Assembly (NCBI GenBank): GCA_050950765.1
Contig: JBMNIF010000002.1
Span: 416,001 to 480,000 of the forward strand
Origin: Bdellovibrionota bacterium
GTDB lineage: Bacteria > Bdellovibrionota_C > UBA2361 > JAAYZI01
DNA length: 64,000 nucleotides
Reading direction: 5' to 3'
Below the pieces are notes generated by a model, which was not told the DNA's origin, did no database searches, and saw only the letters and a list, made by a program, of their open reading frames with translations. This document shows, one piece after another, positions 29,911 through 39,267 of the stretch (position 1 is the first letter of the stretch; every line of letters starts with the position of its first letter). The position numbers were made by a program, and so were the translations under genes.

Positions 29911-30762
29911 TTATTTACGTGGGAAAACAACGGTAAAACAGGCACCTTTGCAATTCTTTACGGAGATTGTAGCACCGTGCTGATCAAGGATACGTTTCAC
30001 TATCGCCAGCCCCAAACCCGTCCCCCCCTTCTTCATACTAACAAACGGATCAAACACTTTATCTAAAAGCGTTTGCGGAACTCCAGCACCGTTATCTGAT
30101 ACCTCCATAATAGCGCCACCCTCTGCACTATCAGCATAAGTAATCTGTACCGCAGTGCTATCAGGAGCTTGTATGGCGTTAATCACCAGATTATTTATAA
30201 CTTGTTTGAGTGCTGCTTCGTTTCCGTTTAAGTACGGATTGCCGTTTAGTGTTAGATGTATTTTTGATGTATCAAATCCAGCACGCGAGACCTCTTGCAA
30301 CTGCTCTTTTAAGAGAAGGTGCATATTGATCGGTGCAAATTGCGGTTTAGTATCTTTAGCAAAATGTAAGATATTAGAGATTACATTATCGAGAGCGCTC
30401 ATGCTTTTCTCGATCTGTTGCACAAGTTCAAGGGAAGCAGGTTGATCTTTTAAATCCTGTTTCAATAAGGAGACAAAAAGTTTTATAGAACCTAGTGGAT
30501 TTCTAACCTCATGTGCGATCTCTCCCGCTGTCTTACCTAACATCGCCAAGCGTTCAGATCTCTTAACCTCTTCTTCTTTAATTGCTAGTTGATCGCGCAA
30601 AGCTTGCGCTTCTTTAACTAAAAGATCGTATTTATATTGCAACTTATGGCTAGCTTGCGTAAAAGCTCCAAATGCACTTAATAACGCCTGTGTATCTTGT
30701 GGCGTTCTTGTTTCAGAAACTACACTATTATTCATTTCTTCTCCTCTAAACGATCTTTCCAC
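29911..30762 (-). CDS. Sensor histidine kinase (FleS/FlgS-like, no obvious sensor domain)
   Basis: IAHEVRNPL, NLVINAIQA, DNGAG, GTGLGL. Confidence 0.92.
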   Translation of the reverse strand: MERSFRGEEMNNSVVSETRTPQDTQALLSAFGAFTQASHKLQYKYDLLVKEAQALRDQLAIKEEEVKRSERLAMLGKTAGEIAHEVRNPLGSIKLFVSLLKQDLKDQPASLELVQQIEKSMSALDNVISNILHFAKDTKPQFAPINMHLLLKEQLQEVSRAGFDTSKIHLTLNGNPYLNGNEAALKQVINNLVINAIQAPDSTAVQITYADSAEGGAIMEVSDNGAGVPQTLLDKVFDPFVSMKKGGTGLGLAIVKRILDQHGATISVKNCKGACFTVVFPRK

Positions 30763-31631
30763 AAGAACTCTTCAACGGCTGCGTTTAAAAGTGATAACCA
30801 CTCATCGGAGGGAGGGTATTTTTTGAGAGCCTTTTCCTGAATTGCCATAACAGAATCTTTATTATCTTGATGAATAGCGATCTGCAGCAGAGCGTAATCA
30901 ACCCAACTATCAATAAAGTGATCTGGAAAGTCGCGTTGTCCACGTGCTAACCAAAAAGCACCTTGATCGAATTTCTTTTCTTGTAAAGAGATCTCCGCCA
31001 AGCGTCGCATAGCAAATGGTGCATTCGGATGTTGCAAAGGAATATTTTCAAAACTCTCTCTAGCTTTTTCGAGTTTCCCTAATTTAAATTGAGCATTCCC
31101 CAATAAATAATAGACAGCGGGTAGGTCTGCTGAGTTTGATTCTTTTAGAGCTTTTAAATATTTATCTTCTGCAGCACCATAACTTTTTAGACGTGCTAAA
31201 GACTCTCCCCACAATAACCAAGCTTTTGATCTTAAGGGGCTAGCCTCTTTAAGAAGGGTAATAACTCTCTCTGCAAATAAGATAGCTACCCTAAAGCGGT
31301 CTTCCTGATATTCAATAATACCCCGCGAAAGTAGTAATCTAGCACGTTGAATATCATCAATAGATTTATCGCGTAACGCTTTTTCAAATTCATCAATAGC
31401 TTTTTGCGGCAGACTTAAAGCCCACGCCGATTTTGCTGCAGCCACAGTAGCATCAACCGTAACTTTCCGTTTCGGCATAGACTCATATATCTTTAAAGCT
31501 TCAAAGTAATCTTTATCTGCCGTAAGCTTCTGAACATCTGCTGGATGTTGTGCAGCAGCAGAGCTTGCAAAAGCAATGTAACAGAGAGGAAAAAGATATT
31601 TTAATAAATAGCGGTGTGTCATTTTTTTCAT
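30732..31631 (-). CDS. Secreted TPR-repeat protein
   Basis: Signal peptide and TPR-like helices (AWLLWGESL, VYYLLGNAQFKLG). Confidence 0.8.
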   Translation of the reverse strand: MKKMTHRYLLKYLFPLCYIAFASSAAAQHPADVQKLTADKDYFEALKIYESMPKRKVTVDATVAAAKSAWALSLPQKAIDEFEKALRDKSIDDIQRARLLLSRGIIEYQEDRFRVAILFAERVITLLKEASPLRSKAWLLWGESLARLKSYGAAEDKYLKALKESNSADLPAVYYLLGNAQFKLGKLEKARESFENIPLQHPNAPFAMRRLAEISLQEKKFDQGAFWLARGQRDFPDHFIDSWVDYALLQIAIHQDNKDSVMAIQEKALKKYPPSDEWLSLLNAAVEEFLWKDRLEEKK

Positions 31632-31648
31632 CCGTTAATTTTAACTCT

Positions 31649-32752
31649 TTAAGGTTCAAATAACGGATCTTCATCACCGTCCGCACTATTTTTCGGATCG
31701 CACTCCAACCCTTTTTTCTTAATCTTTTCAACTAAAGTTGTTCGATTAAGACGCAACAACTTAGCAGCTGCTTTTTTATTACCGTTAGTCCTTGCTAAGG
31801 CTGATAAGATCAACTGGTTTTCGTAATCACTGATTAGGGCGTTAAAATCAACACCTGAAGCAGGTAGCTCCGTTGTGCAATGGCAAAGCGGATCAGACTT
31901 TTGCTCATAAATATGCGCTGGAAAATCATCAGCGCCTAAGACAGTACCATCACTTAACAGAACTGTTCTTTCAATTAAGTTTTCCAACTCTCTGACATTA
32001 CCTGGCCAAGCATAATTGCAGAGGTGTCTTTTAGCATCTTCGGAGATCCGTTTCTCTTCACATCCAAATTGTTGACAGGCACGAGAAACAAAAAAATCAC
32101 CTAAAATTTTAACATCCTCTCCGCGCTCTCTGAGTGGTGGAAGTTTAATAGGGATAACTTGTAAACGATAAAAGAGATCTTCACGGAAACGTCCTGCTCT
32201 AACCTCTTCTTTAAGATCTTTATTAGTAGCTGCGATTACCCGCACATCTATTTCAATAGAGCGGGTAGAACCGACAGGTTCAACTCTTTTTTCTTGTAAG
32301 ACACGTAACAGTTTAACCTGCAACTTCGGACTCATCTCGCCTATTTCATCAAGGAAGATAGTTCCACCGTCAGCCATCTGGAAACGACCCACTCGAGAAC
32401 TAACCGCACCGGTGAAAGCACCTTTTTCATGTCCGAACAATTCGCTTTCAAGGATCTCTTCCGGAATGGCACCGCAATTTACAGGGATAAGTGGACCATT
32501 ACGACCACTCATCTTATGAGTAGCACGTGCTACTAACTCTTTTCCGGTTCCTGTTTCTCCAAGAATAAGAACTGTGGCATCAGTCCTAGCAACTTTTTCA
32601 ATAATCCCGAAGACCCGTTGCATTTTATCGCTTTGGCTAATAATTCCTGAAAAGGAGGGAGGTAATTTTTTTGAAGGCTCCCTTGTTGGAAAATTTGAAT
32701 TACATAAACAAGCGCTACTCTGTGAATCAGCTCTTGAAATAGAAGGTTGCAT
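31649..32752 (-). CDS. Sigma54 enhancer-binding protein without a receiver domain (FleQ/FlrA-like)
   Basis: [36 protein letters not shown]. Confidence 0.9.
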   Translation of the reverse strand: MQPSISRADSQSSACLCNSNFPTREPSKKLPPSFSGIISQSDKMQRVFGIIEKVARTDATVLILGETGTGKELVARATHKMSGRNGPLIPVNCGAIPEEILESELFGHEKGAFTGAVSSRVGRFQMADGGTIFLDEIGEMSPKLQVKLLRVLQEKRVEPVGSTRSIEIDVRVIAATNKDLKEEVRAGRFREDLFYRLQVIPIKLPPLRERGEDVKILGDFFVSRACQQFGCEEKRISEDAKRHLCNYAWPGNVRELENLIERTVLLSDGTVLGADDFPAHIYEQKSDPLCHCTTELPASGVDFNALISDYENQLILSALARTNGNKKAAAKLLRLNRTTLVEKIKKKGLECDPKNSADGDEDPLFEP

Positions 32753-33083
32753 ACGCTCTCCTTAGCAAATAACCTTTAAAAATACCGCGTCTTGTTCTTT
32801 CCCCGAGAGCTCCCTGCCCCCAAATAAGGAAGAACAGACTTTAAAACGTCCTATTCCCGAACGCGTTACTACCGAAATGTCCAAGCCACACCCTAGACAC
32901 TCTGTGTCAACTTTATGGCAAGAGTCGTACCAAGTGAGGGGAAAAAATTGCTTGGTGAGTCAAAAAACCAGACACGGAGCTAATATATTGGAATTAAAGG
33001 GAATTTTTTCTATGGTTTTTTACTTACTTGAAAAGATTCATTTTTTTTGTAAAATTTTTTTCACGGCTAATTCAAAAAAGTGT

Positions 33084-33110
33084 TCAGTTTTCTACTAAAG
33101 GTGTCGATAA
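33084..33110 (+). promoter_or_regulatory. Sigma28-type promoter pointing into the repeat array
   Basis: TCAG-N15-GTCGATAA. Confidence 0.45.
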
Positions 33111-33169
33111 GTATGAAAACTTTGCGTACTTATGAAGCGCTTTACCGTATTGTGTCAATTTTTCTGTCT

Positions 33170-33967
33170 GGTGCCACCCTTCAGCAGACCCCCCCCCCCT
33201 TTAAAGTGGGTGGCACCAGTTTTTTAACCCCCGTGTAGCCGATCCGTTTTCCCGTTGCAGCCCGTTCAATCGTCCCTAACGGGTGGCACCATTTTAACCT
33301 CCGTCCAGATCTAGCTAATTCTGTCTTTAATATCAGCCCGCTCGATCGTCCCTAAAGGGTGGCACTTTTTACCTCCGTAGAAACCTAGCCGATCCGTTTT
33401 CCCATTGCAGCCCGCTCAATCGTCCCTAACGGGTGGCACCAAATTTTTGACCAGTCGCTAAGCCGTCAAAGCGACAAAAAAGAAGGGTGGCACCAGAGCC
33501 TAACCAACCCAAAAACGACAAAAATGAACGACAAAAATGAAGGGTGGCACCAAAACTGCCAAATTCTAAGCTTTTGCTAATATATTGATATTATTAGATG
33601 TTATAATTTTAGAGTCTTTTAGCACTAGTGGGTGGCACCAAATTTTTAACCCCCACCTTAAGCTGAAGGGTGGCACCAAATTTTTAACCTCCGTCCAGAT
33701 CTAGCTAATTCTGTCTTCAGTATCAGCCCGTTCTCCCGTTTCAGCCCGTTCAATCGTCCCTAAAGGGTGGCACCAAAACTGCCAAATTCTAAGCTTTTGC
33801 TAATATCTTGATATTATTAGATGTTATAATTTTAGAGTCTTTTAGCACTAGTGGGTGGCACCAAATTTTTAACCCCCACCTTAAGCTGAAGGGTGGCACC
33901 AGTTTTTTAACCTCCGTGCAGATCTAGCTAGTTCGCTCTTTAGTATCAGCCCGTCCGATCGTCCTTA
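33170..33967 (+). repeat. Second modular GGGTGGCACC array: one inverted core and 11 direct cores
   Basis: Inverted core at 33170; direct cores at 33208,33281,33357,33431,33485,33542,33630,33668,33765,33853,33891; A and B modules shared with the 7.6-8.9 kb array. Confidence 0.95.
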
Positions 33968-34567
33968 GCGGATAACGCTATGTTCATCTTCCTTAACAAA
34001 AACCTTCAGATCTAAAACACGGTCTCCTACCCTTAGCCTTTCCGCTACACCTATGCCCTTTACGACCTGCCCGAATACAACATACTGCCCATCCATATGC
34101 GGAGCTCTACCGAGAATAATTCTAAACTGACTGCCGTGAGACCTTCTGGAGTGATCAAAATCAAGGTCGTTAGGCTTTCGCACCATTGAAAGCGCACCTA
34201 AGTCATGCTTACGATTATTAAATTCCGCTGGAAGGGTATAACCTGGACCAGAATTAGCCTTCACTCCTGAAGCACCTGTTTGAATCGCTAAATTGGGCAC
34301 GTATTTATGAAACTTTAAATTTTTGTAAAAACCTTTATCCGCTAGATACTTAAGATTTGCCACGTGCCAAGGCGCCTCCTCCGGATAAAGCCTAAAATAG
34401 ACCTCCCCCTTCTCTGTATAAAGGATGGCACTACGAATCTTTAACAACTCCTGTTTGGGCGGTAAAGAAAAAGGTGGGGTATCAAGTGCAAATAATGGCA
34501 CACAATTAAGGAGTAAGAACATCAAAACTATTAACGCGAAGTATTTGTTGTGGCGAGTCGTCTGCAT
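33965..34567 (-). CDS. Cyclophilin-type peptidyl-prolyl isomerase
   Basis: APWHVANL..LADKGFYKNLKFH, GPGYTLPAEF, GALSM, GSQF, HMDGQYVVFGQV. Confidence 0.9.
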   Translation of the reverse strand: MQTTRHNKYFALIVLMFLLLNCVPLFALDTPPFSLPPKQELLKIRSAILYTEKGEVYFRLYPEEAPWHVANLKYLADKGFYKNLKFHKYVPNLAIQTGASGVKANSGPGYTLPAEFNNRKHDLGALSMVRKPNDLDFDHSRRSHGSQFRIILGRAPHMDGQYVVFGQVVKGIGVAERLRVGDRVLDLKVFVKEDEHSVIR

Positions 34568-34757
34568 TTTGTAGTTAACTCTATCTTGTTTAACGCAAAA
34601 TTAAGTTCGGCTTTTTATGCACCGAATATCAGATCGTGGCTGTTGTTAAGAACTAATCGCTAGTATAATTAAGTGATTACACTATTGGAAGTACCATATT
34701 TAAAGGCTATTGTCACTTACACCGTGACACTTATGCCACATTTATCAATATCGGCGT

Positions 34758-36878
34758 ATGAGGCTTTGGAACATTAAGCTTATTTACATAACTCTGATTA
34801 TCAGCGTGCTTTTCAACCTAAAGGCCTACGCCGCTCCTTCAGAAGCGGTCGCCACAGAAGATAAGTTGGACATCACCTTACTACTTGATGCCTCAGCCAG
34901 CATGCGGGTAACAGATCCGTTAAAGTTACGTAACGAAGGCGCTAGATTATTAATCCAGTTATTACGCCCTGGTGATAGACTCGCTATTATCGAGTTTGCG
35001 GAAAAAGCAAAGGTTTTACGTCCTCTCAGTCCATTTGAGAGAGAACAAATTCCTGCTCTTTCAAATATCATCAATACCGTTGCAGATGATGGCGCTTATA
35101 CAAATTTATTAGCTCCGATCAAAACAAGTTTACAGATCTTAAAAGAAACCGGTCGTGGTGATGCACAAAAAGCGATCGTTATTTTCTCTGATGGAAAAAT
35201 GGATCCATCTGCCGAAGATGGCACTCCACAACAACTGACAGACGAATTGTTTGGCACCACGCTACCTCAAGCTATCGCAGCACAGATAAAACTTTACACC
35301 CTCTCTTTTAGTCAAGAAGCAGATAAGGAGTTATTAGCAAAAATAGCAACTACGACTGAAGGCGAGCATTGGTACACACCAACAGCTGATCAAATTCATC
35401 AATCTTTCGCCGATCTTTTCCTAGTGGCAAAAAAACCTCAACTCCTTCCCTTAACTAGCAAAGGCTTTCTAGTTGATGAAGACACAGAGGAGGCCACAAT
35501 TTATATCAGCCGTGAAGATAAAAGTGAGATATCCCTCATCAATCCTATGGGGATGATGATAACAAAGCAATCTCCTAACCCTAATATAAAGTGGTTTAAA
35601 GGAAGCAATTTCGATGTTGTCACTATTTTAATGCCACAAGCGGGGCAATGGAGCATTAACGGCATCACCAACAATAACAGTTTCGTCGCTATCATGACTA
35701 ACTTAAAACTAAATGTTGAATGGCCGCAATCTATCATCTCCGACATACCGGTGCTAATTCAGGCTCAACTATACGACTCTCAGAAACCGATCGTCTTACA
35801 ACCTATGACGGAAACTGTTAACTATCATTTTAAGATTACGCCGATAGATCGAGTTTCCGAACCGATTATGAACGAAACGCTTTTAGATAACGGTGAAGAT
35901 GGTGATAAAAAGGCTAATGACGGGATCTTTAGCCGACGTATTACAATCGAAGATGTCGGCGAATATAGACTCGGTGTAACAGCTATTGCACCAACATTTG
36001 AACGGTACCAACAAACTACTTTCCAAGTAAAACCACGCCTTATCACATTAGAGATCGTCAGTAGAGAAGAATCTGCTCTGGCACGGCTACAAGCTTCAGC
36101 ACATCAAGGCTCCGGCGAAACTTATAATGAATATTTTAAAGTTACCTTATCGCCCGAAGCTACTGCTTTAAACAAGGTTGAAGTAAAACTAATCGCCGTA
36201 GATAAAGATAAAAATTCACTAGTCCTTCCGATAAGATCAATTGATAATTATTTCGAGTGCGAGACTGATGTTCTACCACTCGAAGGTAAATATGAGATAA
36301 AAGCAGAATTAAAAGCTAAAACAAAATCAAGAAAACGGGGTGAAAGCAACGATATTCGCGCAGAAAGTCGCCCGATTACATATTTGAAAACACACACGAC
36401 AAACACTAATGACAGAGAAGAGATTACCCTCGTCACTATGAAACCCGTCCATAAAACAAACAAAAAATCAAAAGCCCTTAAAACTTTTTTAATCAATCTG
36501 TTAATCCTATCAGTCACCATTGTCTTACTAGGCTGGGCAATTTATGTTTCCTTAAAGAAACATCAGGATAAGAGCGCATCTTCAGAATCAGCCGATCTCC
36601 AGCACCTTTCTGCATTGGATTCAACAATTGCGGCTATTATGTCTTTAGAAGCACGCTCACAAAAGGTTGACGTAGACTTAAACGATCCGATCTTTACCGA
36701 CGATCGTTACCTTGCAGCAAACGCAGGACGTAAAATTTTAAACCAAGAAGATCAGGTCGCCCCTGCTGCTCCAGCTGATGTTGACGTTGATGTCGATGTT
36801 GACACTGACGTTGTTGACACCGAAGCTGACACTGACACCGACACTGAAAACCCTGACGACACAACTGAGGAGAGTTAA
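34758..36878 (+). CDS. Exported vWA-domain protein with a C-terminal TM and acidic tail
   Basis: MIDAS LLDASASM, FSDG, LDNGEDGDKKANDGIFS loop, TM segment, DV/DT low-complexity tail. Confidence 0.85.
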   Translation: MRLWNIKLIYITLIISVLFNLKAYAAPSEAVATEDKLDITLLLDASASMRVTDPLKLRNEGARLLIQLLRPGDRLAIIEFAEKAKVLRPLSPFEREQIPALSNIINTVADDGAYTNLLAPIKTSLQILKETGRGDAQKAIVIFSDGKMDPSAEDGTPQQLTDELFGTTLPQAIAAQIKLYTLSFSQEADKELLAKIATTTEGEHWYTPTADQIHQSFADLFLVAKKPQLLPLTSKGFLVDEDTEEATIYISREDKSEISLINPMGMMITKQSPNPNIKWFKGSNFDVVTILMPQAGQWSINGITNNNSFVAIMTNLKLNVEWPQSIISDIPVLIQAQLYDSQKPIVLQPMTETVNYHFKITPIDRVSEPIMNETLLDNGEDGDKKANDGIFSRRITIEDVGEYRLGVTAIAPTFERYQQTTFQVKPRLITLEIVSREESALARLQASAHQGSGETYNEYFKVTLSPEATALNKVEVKLIAVDKDKNSLVLPIRSIDNYFECETDVLPLEGKYEIKAELKAKTKSRKRGESNDIRAESRPITYLKTHTTNTNDREEITLVTMKPVHKTNKKSKALKTFLINLLILSVTIVLLGWAIYVSLKKHQDKSASSESADLQHLSALDSTIAAIMSLEARSQKVDVDLNDPIFTDDRYLAANAGRKILNQEDQVAPAAPADVDVDVDVDTDVVDTEADTDTDTENPDDTTEES

Positions 36879-37584
36879 GAGTATCGTGAATTATTCAGCA
36901 CTGCTTATCATTATTGGTATTGTAGAATCAGGCGTCATAGCTTACCTGCTCTGGACAAAGTTGGGTAAGGTGGCACGCTCGAAGGTTAAAACTGCCAATA
37001 CCTTAAATGAAGAGCTACAAAAAAGGATCGCTCTAAAAGACCAGATCAGTGCTGCTTTGCAAAATATGATTGAAGTCCGGCAACTCCGTCTCAAAGGTGA
37101 CGAATACAAAGTTGCTAAAGAATCTCTCAAAGCAGAACGGGGGCGCATTACTATTACACAAGCAGAGTTGGAAACAGTTGAAAATCGTTTGCGCGAATTA
37201 GAAGTTATTGAACGAGAGTTGGAAGCAAGCGCCGTAGAAACTCAGGAAGAAGTTAATATCTTAACAAAAAAGCGAAATGAACTGACTGATAAAAAAGCAT
37301 CTTTAGAACAACAGCTACTAGATTCCGATAAAAAGATGAGTGACGTTATGATGAAAATAGAGCTGTCCGCTCAAATGCGTAGCACTATTGATAAGATGCG
37401 ACACGACTTGGTAAAAACACAGGAACAGATCGATGTCCTCTTAGAAAAAGTTAGGCTCGGTAATGAACAGTATTTCATCATGAAGCAACGTTATGACGCT
37501 CTTGATATCGAATACGCACAACTATACGAGAAATTTTCAGCCTCCGAACTCGCCTCTGCGTCAAATGAAGAACATCCCCAATAA
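36778..37584 (+). CDS. Membrane-anchored coiled-coil protein (true start probably GTG near 36886)
   Basis: TM segment then a long heptad-rich region; the annotated 5' part overlaps the upstream gene. Confidence 0.7.
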   Translation: MLTLMSMLTLTLLTPKLTLTPTLKTLTTQLRRVKSIVNYSALLIIIGIVESGVIAYLLWTKLGKVARSKVKTANTLNEELQKRIALKDQISAALQNMIEVRQLRLKGDEYKVAKESLKAERGRITITQAELETVENRLRELEVIERELEASAVETQEEVNILTKKRNELTDKKASLEQQLLDSDKKMSDVMMKIELSAQMRSTIDKMRHDLVKTQEQIDVLLEKVRLGNEQYFIMKQRYDALDIEYAQLYEKFSASELASASNEEHPQ

Positions 37585-37589
37585 ACAAC

Positions 37590-37673
37590 AAATTTTTTAC
37601 CTCCGTTAAGATCTAGCTGATTCGTTTTGCAGTTGCAGCCCGTTCAGTTGTCCCTGAAGGGTGGCACCAAATT
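37590..37673 (+). repeat. Single A module plus core (37659-37668) upstream of the TA operon
   Basis: acctccgttaagatctagctgattcg..cagcccgttcagttgtccctgaagggtggcacc. Confidence 0.88.
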
Positions 37674-37684
37674 CGCTTGTAAAT

Positions 37685-37704
37685 TTGTAAAATATATTTT
37701 ACAA
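37685..37704. promoter_or_regulatory. Perfect 20-bp palindrome, probable TA autoregulatory operator
   Basis: TTGTAAAATATATTTTACAA immediately upstream of the toxin ATG. Confidence 0.65.
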
Positions 37705-37714
37705 TATATAATAT

Positions 37715-38047
37715 ATGGATTTTAAAGTTAGAGAGATCGTTGTTTTAGTTGATGATAATGGCAAATGTCCATATAGAGAATGGAGAAATAACATTCGAGA
37801 TACATCATTAGGTGCAGCAATCGATGCTAGATTAGCTAGAGTTAGGAACGGAAACTTTGGAGATCATAAATCAGTTGGTGCTGGTGTGTATGAACTTAGA
37901 ATCCCAAAAGGATCTGGTCTTAGAATTTATTACGCATTAGAAGGTGATGTTATTGTAGTATTACTTGCTGGTGGTGATAAAAAAAGTCAAAGCAAAGATA
38001 TTATCCTAGCAAAAAAACTTTGGGAGGATTATCAGAATGAAACTTGA
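37715..38047 (+). CDS. Type II toxin, RelE/ParE-family addiction module killer protein
   Basis: GNFGDHKSVGAGVYELRI..G.GLRIYY..LLAGGDKKSQSKDI..AK. Confidence 0.92.
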   Translation: MDFKVREIVVLVDDNGKCPYREWRNNIRDTSLGAAIDARLARVRNGNFGDHKSVGAGVYELRIPKGSGLRIYYALEGDVIVVLLAGGDKKSQSKDIILAKKLWEDYQNET

Positions 38048-38327
38048 AAGTTATGAGAATGAAATTAAAGAAAGACTAAAAGATCCTGACTATGCCGTTG
38101 AATATCTAACAGATGTGTTAGCTAATGAATCACAAGAAACGTTCTTAATTGCATTAAAAGATGTAATTGATGCAAGGGGTGTTCAGATATCAAAACTATC
38201 TGAAGAATCTGGTGTCACACGCCAAGCCCTATATCACTTACTTTCAGATAAAGGTAATCCAACATTGACAACTTTTGTCTCTATTCTTAAAAGCTTGGGG
38301 TTTACTTTACAGATTAAAGCAGCTTAA
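38037..38327 (+). CDS. Addiction module antidote protein (HTH antitoxin)
   Basis: YL..L..FLIALKDVIDARG..ESGVTRQALYHLLSDKGNPTLTT..ILKSLG; overlaps the toxin stop. Confidence 0.92.
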   Translation: MKLESYENEIKERLKDPDYAVEYLTDVLANESQETFLIALKDVIDARGVQISKLSEESGVTRQALYHLLSDKGNPTLTTFVSILKSLGFTLQIKAA

Positions 38328-38332
38328 CGTTG

Positions 38333-39267
38333 TAAGTATTTACAAAAAGATCCCACACTACTAAAGGGCAGCATCAAATTTTTAATCACCAAGCCCTATA
38401 TCACTTACTTTCGGATAAAGGTAATCCAACATTGACCTGTTGCAGATCTGCCCTTCCGTGACGACTGCACGGGCTGAAACTGAAAAAAAGATCAGTCAGA
38501 TTTCTACGGAGGTTAAAAATTTGTGTCTGTTCTTAAAAGTTTGGGGTTCACTTTACAGATTAAAGCAGCTTAACGTTGTCCGCTCTTACTGTTGGGTAGC
38601 ACCAAATTTTTAACCACTAAGCCCTATATCACTTACTTTCGGATAAAGGTAATCCAACATTGACCTGTTGCAGATCTGCCCTTCCGTGACGGCTGGAGGG
38701 GCTGAAACTGAAAAACGGAACAGTCAGATTTCTACGGAGGTTAAAAATTTGTGTCTGTTCTTAAAAGCTTGGGGTTTACTTTACAGATCAAAGCAGCTTA
38801 ACGTTGTCCGCTCTTACTGTTGGGTAGCACCAAATTTTTAACCCCAAAATGAAACTTGAAAGTTATGAGAATAAAATTAAAGAAAGACTAAAAGATCCTG
38901 ACTATGCCGTTGAATATCTAACAGATGTGTTAGCTAATGAATCACAAGAAACGTTCTTAATTGCATTAAAAGATGTAATTGATGCAAGGGGTGTTCAGAT
39001 ATCAAAACTATCTGAAGAATCTGGTGTCACACGCCAAGCCCTATATCACTTACTTTCGGATAAAAGTAATCCAACATTAACCTGTTGCAGATCTGCCCTT
39101 CCGTGACGGTTGCACGGGCTGAAACTGAAAAACGGATCGGCTAGATTTCTACGGAGGTTAAAAATTTGTGTCTGTTCTTAAAAGCTTGGGGTTCACTTTA
39201 CAGATCAAAGCAGCTTAACGTTATAAGTATTTACAAAAAGATCCCACACTACTAAAGGGCAGCATCA
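38333..39267. repeat. Mosaic of duplicated antitoxin fragments carrying inserted inverted A modules, bounded by a 44-bp direct repeat that includes the uup 3' end
   Basis: taagtatttacaaaaagatcccacactactaaagggcagcatca at 38333-38376 and 39224-39267; gggtagcacc junctions at 38594 and 38822. Confidence 0.88.
38849..39218 (+). pseudogene. Second antitoxin copy interrupted near its 3' end by an ~80-bp A-module insertion
   Basis: Near-identical to 38037..38327 up to NPTLT, then CCRSALP*; the remainder (ttcttaaaagcttgggg..gcagcttaa) resumes after the insert. Confidence 0.85.

Noticed and set aside
36778..36870. 6-bp gttgac/gacact microsatellite as a separate element
   Set aside because: It simply encodes the acidic DV/DT tail of the vWA protein, and it also creates the spurious 5' extension of ORF 36778..37584.
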